Below, in pieces: positions 16,562 through 20,289 of a stretch of 20,289 nucleotides of DNA. How positions within the stretch are numbered: the stretch's first letter is position 1; every line of letters starts with the position of its first letter. The position numbers and the translations under genes are program-made. The notes below the pieces were generated by a model. It was given only the letters and a program-made list of their open reading frames with translations, did no database searches and was not told where the DNA came from. The stretch is taken from the NCBI GenBank assembly GCA_051382335.1, contig JBBCAX010000227.1, positions 1 to 20,289 of the forward strand, given 5' to 3'. This DNA is from Deltaproteobacteria bacterium TL4 (lineage in GTDB: Bacteria; SAR324; NAC60-12).

Positions 16562-16606
16562 GATTTTGTAACAATTTAAGTGAGTTTTCTGAAATTGGGA
16601 GTTGTT

Positions 16607-18112
16607 TCATTTTTTCATCAAAGAGCAGGCTAATTCTTTCATATCCAGTTTGACATGATACTGGTTGAGTAAACCTCCGATGGATACCAAAACCCGGGCC
16701 ATCAACACAAAATTATCAGGCATTTTAACCCCGACTTCATGCATCATATTTAGATAAAATCGAATTTTTGACAGTCCCTCCTCCTCATTTGGGCGATGGA
16801 AGAGGGCTTGTTTCAGTTTTTCTCCGTCAGAAATCTCAAAGCCTGCCTCTTGGAGCAGTTCCACCGTACCCTCCTCCTGTTTTAGGAGCAGCGCCATGAG
16901 TATTTTTCTGAATTTTTCAGTCTCCTCTGCGTTTAATTGACCCATTGTGCCAAAATCCAATAAAACCAATTTGCCCCGAGGATTGACAAAAAAGTTTCCG
17001 GGATGGGGATCCGCGTGAAACACGCCTGAAATGAAGATCTGCTGAACAAAGCTATAAACCATTTCTTTCAATAACGACTCGGCGGCAGACGGAACTTCTT
17101 TTAAAAACTGACGGACGGGAGTCCCCTCCATAAAAGTCATTCCTAGAACACGTTGACTTAAAACTTCATGAATCAGTCCGGGGAATTTCCATTGAGTCGC
17201 TTGATATTGTACATGAAATCGAGTCAGATTTGCGGCTTCATGATAATAATCCAGCTCAAGTAAAATGTTTTTAGCCAGTTCTGTCATAATTTGTTCAAGG
17301 TCAAGGCCTTTGACCCTGGAATTCATGAGATGAGCAACGGTTTTAAAAAATTTCAAATCGGCTTCTATCTTTTCTGCCGCATCAGGAAGTTGTATTTTCA
17401 CAGCAATCCGAAATCCGTCCTTTAATTCAGCTTTGTGAACTTGAGCAATGGACGCGGTAGCAATAGGGTGGGTCTCAATGGTTCGAAAATGGTCCTGCCA
17501 ATGTTCCCCCAACTCGGCTTCAAGAACTTGAACCATTTGCTCCCACGGGACCGAGGGTGCCTGGTCTTGAAGTTCCGATAATGCGGAAATGTAGACAGGA
17601 GGCAGCAAATCACTTCGACAACTTAAAAACTGAGCTGCTTTTACCCACGCGCCGCCCTGTCGTTTACAAAGTGTTGTCAATTCCCATGCGTTTTCCTGAT
17701 GTAATTGTTCTCGCTTGGCCTCACGCTCATTTTCTGGAACAGAAGAAACCGAATATTCAAACATCTGGGTGCGGACAACAATCGTGATCAGCGTTTCTAC
17801 CGCGTCCATATAGCGGTTTCCCAAGCGCAGTAAGCCTTCCATTTCAAGCCACTCTTTTCGTACACTGGCTTGAATGGCCTCAAAGGTTTGAATCAGTTGT
17901 TGATCCGTAGGCAGGATGTTATCCAAGTAGTCTGAAATGTTCGACTCCCACTGCTCCAGGTGTGTCAAAATTTCTTCTGATATTTCTGGTAATCGCTTCT
18001 GGATTTTTTCGATACGTTCATCCAAATTAAATTCACTACTCCATTGCGTCGCTTTATTTCCAAGGTCTTCCAACCATTTCACCGAGTCTTTGACTAATTT
18101 TTCCAGATCCAT
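16607..18112 (-). CDS. UbiB/ABC1 (AarF) family atypical kinase
   Basis: VKAAQFLS, LSELQD, PIATASIAQVH, AVKIQ, ELDY..EA, FHADPHPGN, LLDFG. Confidence 0.92.
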   Translation of the reverse strand: MDLEKLVKDSVKWLEDLGNKATQWSSEFNLDERIEKIQKRLPEISEEILTHLEQWESNISDYLDNILPTDQQLIQTFEAIQASVRKEWLEMEGLLRLGNRYMDAVETLITIVVRTQMFEYSVSSVPENEREAKREQLHQENAWELTTLCKRQGGAWVKAAQFLSCRSDLLPPVYISALSELQDQAPSVPWEQMVQVLEAELGEHWQDHFRTIETHPIATASIAQVHKAELKDGFRIAVKIQLPDAAEKIEADLKFFKTVAHLMNSRVKGLDLEQIMTELAKNILLELDYYHEAANLTRFHVQYQATQWKFPGLIHEVLSQRVLGMTFMEGTPVRQFLKEVPSAAESLLKEMVYSFVQQIFISGVFHADPHPGNFFVNPRGKLVLLDFGTMGQLNAEETEKFRKILMALLLKQEEGTVELLQEAGFEISDGEKLKQALFHRPNEEEGLSKIRFYLNMMHEVGVKMPDNFVLMARVLVSIGGLLNQYHVKLDMKELACSLMKK

Positions 18113-18134
18113 AATTTTTTACTTGTTTGAAGAA

Positions 18135-19034
18135 TCATTGATTTTGAAACAACCTCACCAAAGAAGACAGGAATCGCTTCCAAGCAGGGTTGATCGTTCT
18201 AAAATACTGTTCAAACGCTTTCCACGCTTCGTTGTTTTCTTCGATCTTTATTGGCGTAAGGGTCAGTGACACTTCCGAAAGCTCTGTCGCATAAGCTGTC
18301 TTTTGATCACTGTGAATGCCACTGCCATCATAACCGATATTATGTACCAACGATTGGCCAGGATAAAGTGTGAGCTTGTTTTTCAAGAAACAGGAAGCAT
18401 GCCATCGAATCGCCCAGGACTCATTTTTTCCCTGACTTTGTTTTTTGAGCATGTGGTAGAAACGAAAGGTTCCATTATAATCAAATTTATTTTTTAGTCC
18501 TGAGTCTTCCAAAGCGCGTACCAATTGTTTCCCCTCAGGTTCGAAGGAACTCCAGGCTCTCGCCCAGGTTGCCCAGCCCCAACAATCGGCCCCTCGCAAA
18601 AAAAAAGTTTCAGGCAAAGGACGCTGTACTGGATACACATAACCATGAATACTTGCAACTCTTTCCTCATGTTGATAAAGCTCCAACGCCTCATTCATGT
18701 ACCTTAAAAAAAAACTGGAGGTCACGATATCATCCTCAACGACAATAATTCGGTCATGCTCTTTAAGAACGGTGCTGACCCCTTCAATAATGTTCTTTGC
18801 CAATCCGAAGTTATGGGGACGCTCATTCAGGGTGATGTTCTTGAAGCCCTCAGCGTTTTTAATGAGTTTCCGGACTTCTTGCACTTTTTCGACAGAGGAC
18901 TGATCCGCGGGAGCATCCGCAAAAACAAATAACTCACTTTGTGAAGCCAGGTGATTTTGTGCTAAAGCCGCCAGGGTTTGACGAACATGCCAAGGTCTGT
19001 TGTAGGTAAATAAAGCGATTGGCGCAAGTCTCAT
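18135..19034 (-). CDS. Glycosyltransferase (GT2/GT-A fold)
   Basis: APIALFTYNRP, NFGLAKNIIEGV, IIVVEDD, CWGWATW. ATG 19034 overlaps the upstream stop (ATGA). Confidence 0.9.
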   Translation of the reverse strand: MRLAPIALFTYNRPWHVRQTLAALAQNHLASQSELFVFADAPADQSSVEKVQEVRKLIKNAEGFKNITLNERPHNFGLAKNIIEGVSTVLKEHDRIIVVEDDIVTSSFFLRYMNEALELYQHEERVASIHGYVYPVQRPLPETFFLRGADCWGWATWARAWSSFEPEGKQLVRALEDSGLKNKFDYNGTFRFYHMLKKQSQGKNESWAIRWHASCFLKNKLTLYPGQSLVHNIGYDGSGIHSDQKTAYATELSEVSLTLTPIKIEENNEAWKAFEQYFRTINPAWKRFLSSLVRLFQNQ

Positions 19035-19735
19035 GTTTCTTTTTTTTGATAAAGTCCCATCCACGCATCCGTAAAACCAATCAGTCCAAAACTTACACGA
19101 AACAGTAACGCAAATCCCCAGTTTATTAAAAGCGGCAGGGAGTATTTTTTCAAGTAGATTCCCGCGTAAAAAACCAACCGGAACGGAACTCTACGGAACC
19201 AAAGATCCTTTAAGCGCAAATGATTTCTGGGCTGATATTGGATTTGCGCATTGGAAAGGCCAAAAACCATTTCAATCCCCAGAGGATGATAGGGCTTCAC
19301 GTGGTCAAAATCATCATAAAAATAAGGAGACAACAACGGTGTTGAGAGAATCAGATAGCCTCCGGACTTCAACCGGTCCAGGTAGTGATCCATCCACGTC
19401 CATAAATCACTTGGAAGCAGATGTTCCATGATATGAGAAAAAATGATCAGATCATACTGTTGAGAATTTTGCTCAAAATCTTTGACGCTCACACACGGGA
19501 TGTGCGCCTTCAGATTGGAAGCAACGATATTGGAGTTGATTTCAACGCCTAAAACCTTGTACCCTTGATGCTGCAACAGTTTAATATTTCGACCATAGCC
19601 ACATCCCACTTCAAGTATGGAAGGTTGGGAGGCAAAGGGCAATACTGAGACAAAGCGCAGCAGATTCTTTTCTTCATTTTGAAGATTCAAAACAGAAAAA
19701 TAAATCGATTTTACAAGACGTTTCATAGTGGACAT
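19031..19735 (-). CDS. Class I SAM-dependent methyltransferase
   Basis: ILEVGCGYG, LGVEIN, YDLIIFSHIMEH, LKSGGYLILSTP. Confidence 0.9.
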   Translation of the reverse strand: MSTMKRLVKSIYFSVLNLQNEEKNLLRFVSVLPFASQPSILEVGCGYGRNIKLLQHQGYKVLGVEINSNIVASNLKAHIPCVSVKDFEQNSQQYDLIIFSHIMEHLLPSDLWTWMDHYLDRLKSGGYLILSTPLLSPYFYDDFDHVKPYHPLGIEMVFGLSNAQIQYQPRNHLRLKDLWFRRVPFRLVFYAGIYLKKYSLPLLINWGFALLFRVSFGLIGFTDAWMGLYQKKET

Positions 19736-20133
19736 AGTAACCAGGATTCACCGCGTTTCTCAAAATGAGAGCTGATGTCACATTGCCTGAACGCAGAAAA
19801 GAAGCTTCATGGAGCAAAATTTTCCTTAACGCCTTTACAGTTCCCACCTTTGGATAGGTGCCGGAATTCAAAGGGCATCGTCCGGATTTTTACCGCAAGG
19901 GAGTCGGTAAGTAAAGGTTAAAAATGCTGGATTTTACGCTGTCCAATTCGATGGGGAAAGGGGCCTGTTCCCCAATTCTCTCGAAAAAGACGAAGGTTAT
20001 CTAAGCGAAGAGTCCCCGCTAATTCTCCGGCTATAGTACTAGGAATTAGGTTTGGTATTATATTGATGAGTCTACTCCGAAAAGTATGACAATTAACTAT
20101 CTGAAATAATTGTTAATTTTGCTAAATACTATC

Positions 20134-20170
20134 TTGACTGCGAGAAATATATTCAGTATATGCTGAGTAT
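20134..20170 (+). promoter_or_regulatory. Candidate sigma70 promoter with an overlapping palindrome
   Basis: TTGACT (20134-20139)-17 nt-TATATG; ATATTCAGTATATGCTGAGTAT (20149-20170) is 18/22 palindromic. Confidence 0.35.
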
Positions 20171-20289
20171 GAATTGTTCATTGATACTCTCTTTTTCAAC
20201 AATAGGTGTGCTGTATGTTTCGCAAAAGTGGACTCAGTCAACAGGAAGACTTTTTTGGTAGTTTTGATTTTAACTTCAGTTCTCGTAAA

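Noticed and set aside
19674..19871. 65-aa minus-strand ORF
   Set aside because: Overlaps the methyltransferase start, has a non-ATG start and no recognisable motif.

Overview
AT-rich bacterial chromosomal window with about 20 protein-coding genes and no rRNA, tRNA, CRISPR array or intact transposase. Lipid metabolism dominates: tesB, a FadE24/FadE23-type acyl-CoA dehydrogenase pair, an alpha/beta hydrolase, a patatin, a DUF374-type acyltransferase and a UbiB/ABC1 kinase. Also present are an orphan CheZ-like phosphatase, a methyltransferase-GT2 pair and several hypothetical proteins. Two things stand out. (1) Five short non-coding elements share one architecture: MITE-like terminal inverted repeats (TIRs) of two types wrapped around an inverted REP doublet, with four different REP sequences; one element has a perfect 8-bp target-site duplication (TSD). 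(2) An XRE helix-turn-helix protein is fused to six tandem 11-residue amphipathic repeats and lies divergent from a small helical phasin-like gene among lipid enzymes, a candidate lipid-inclusion-sensing regulatory module. A mosaic patch at about 9.97-12.3 kb holds a GC-richer gene, a probable group II intron fragment and a possible nucleotidyltransferase remnant. All family assignments come from motif recognition by eye; no database searches were run.
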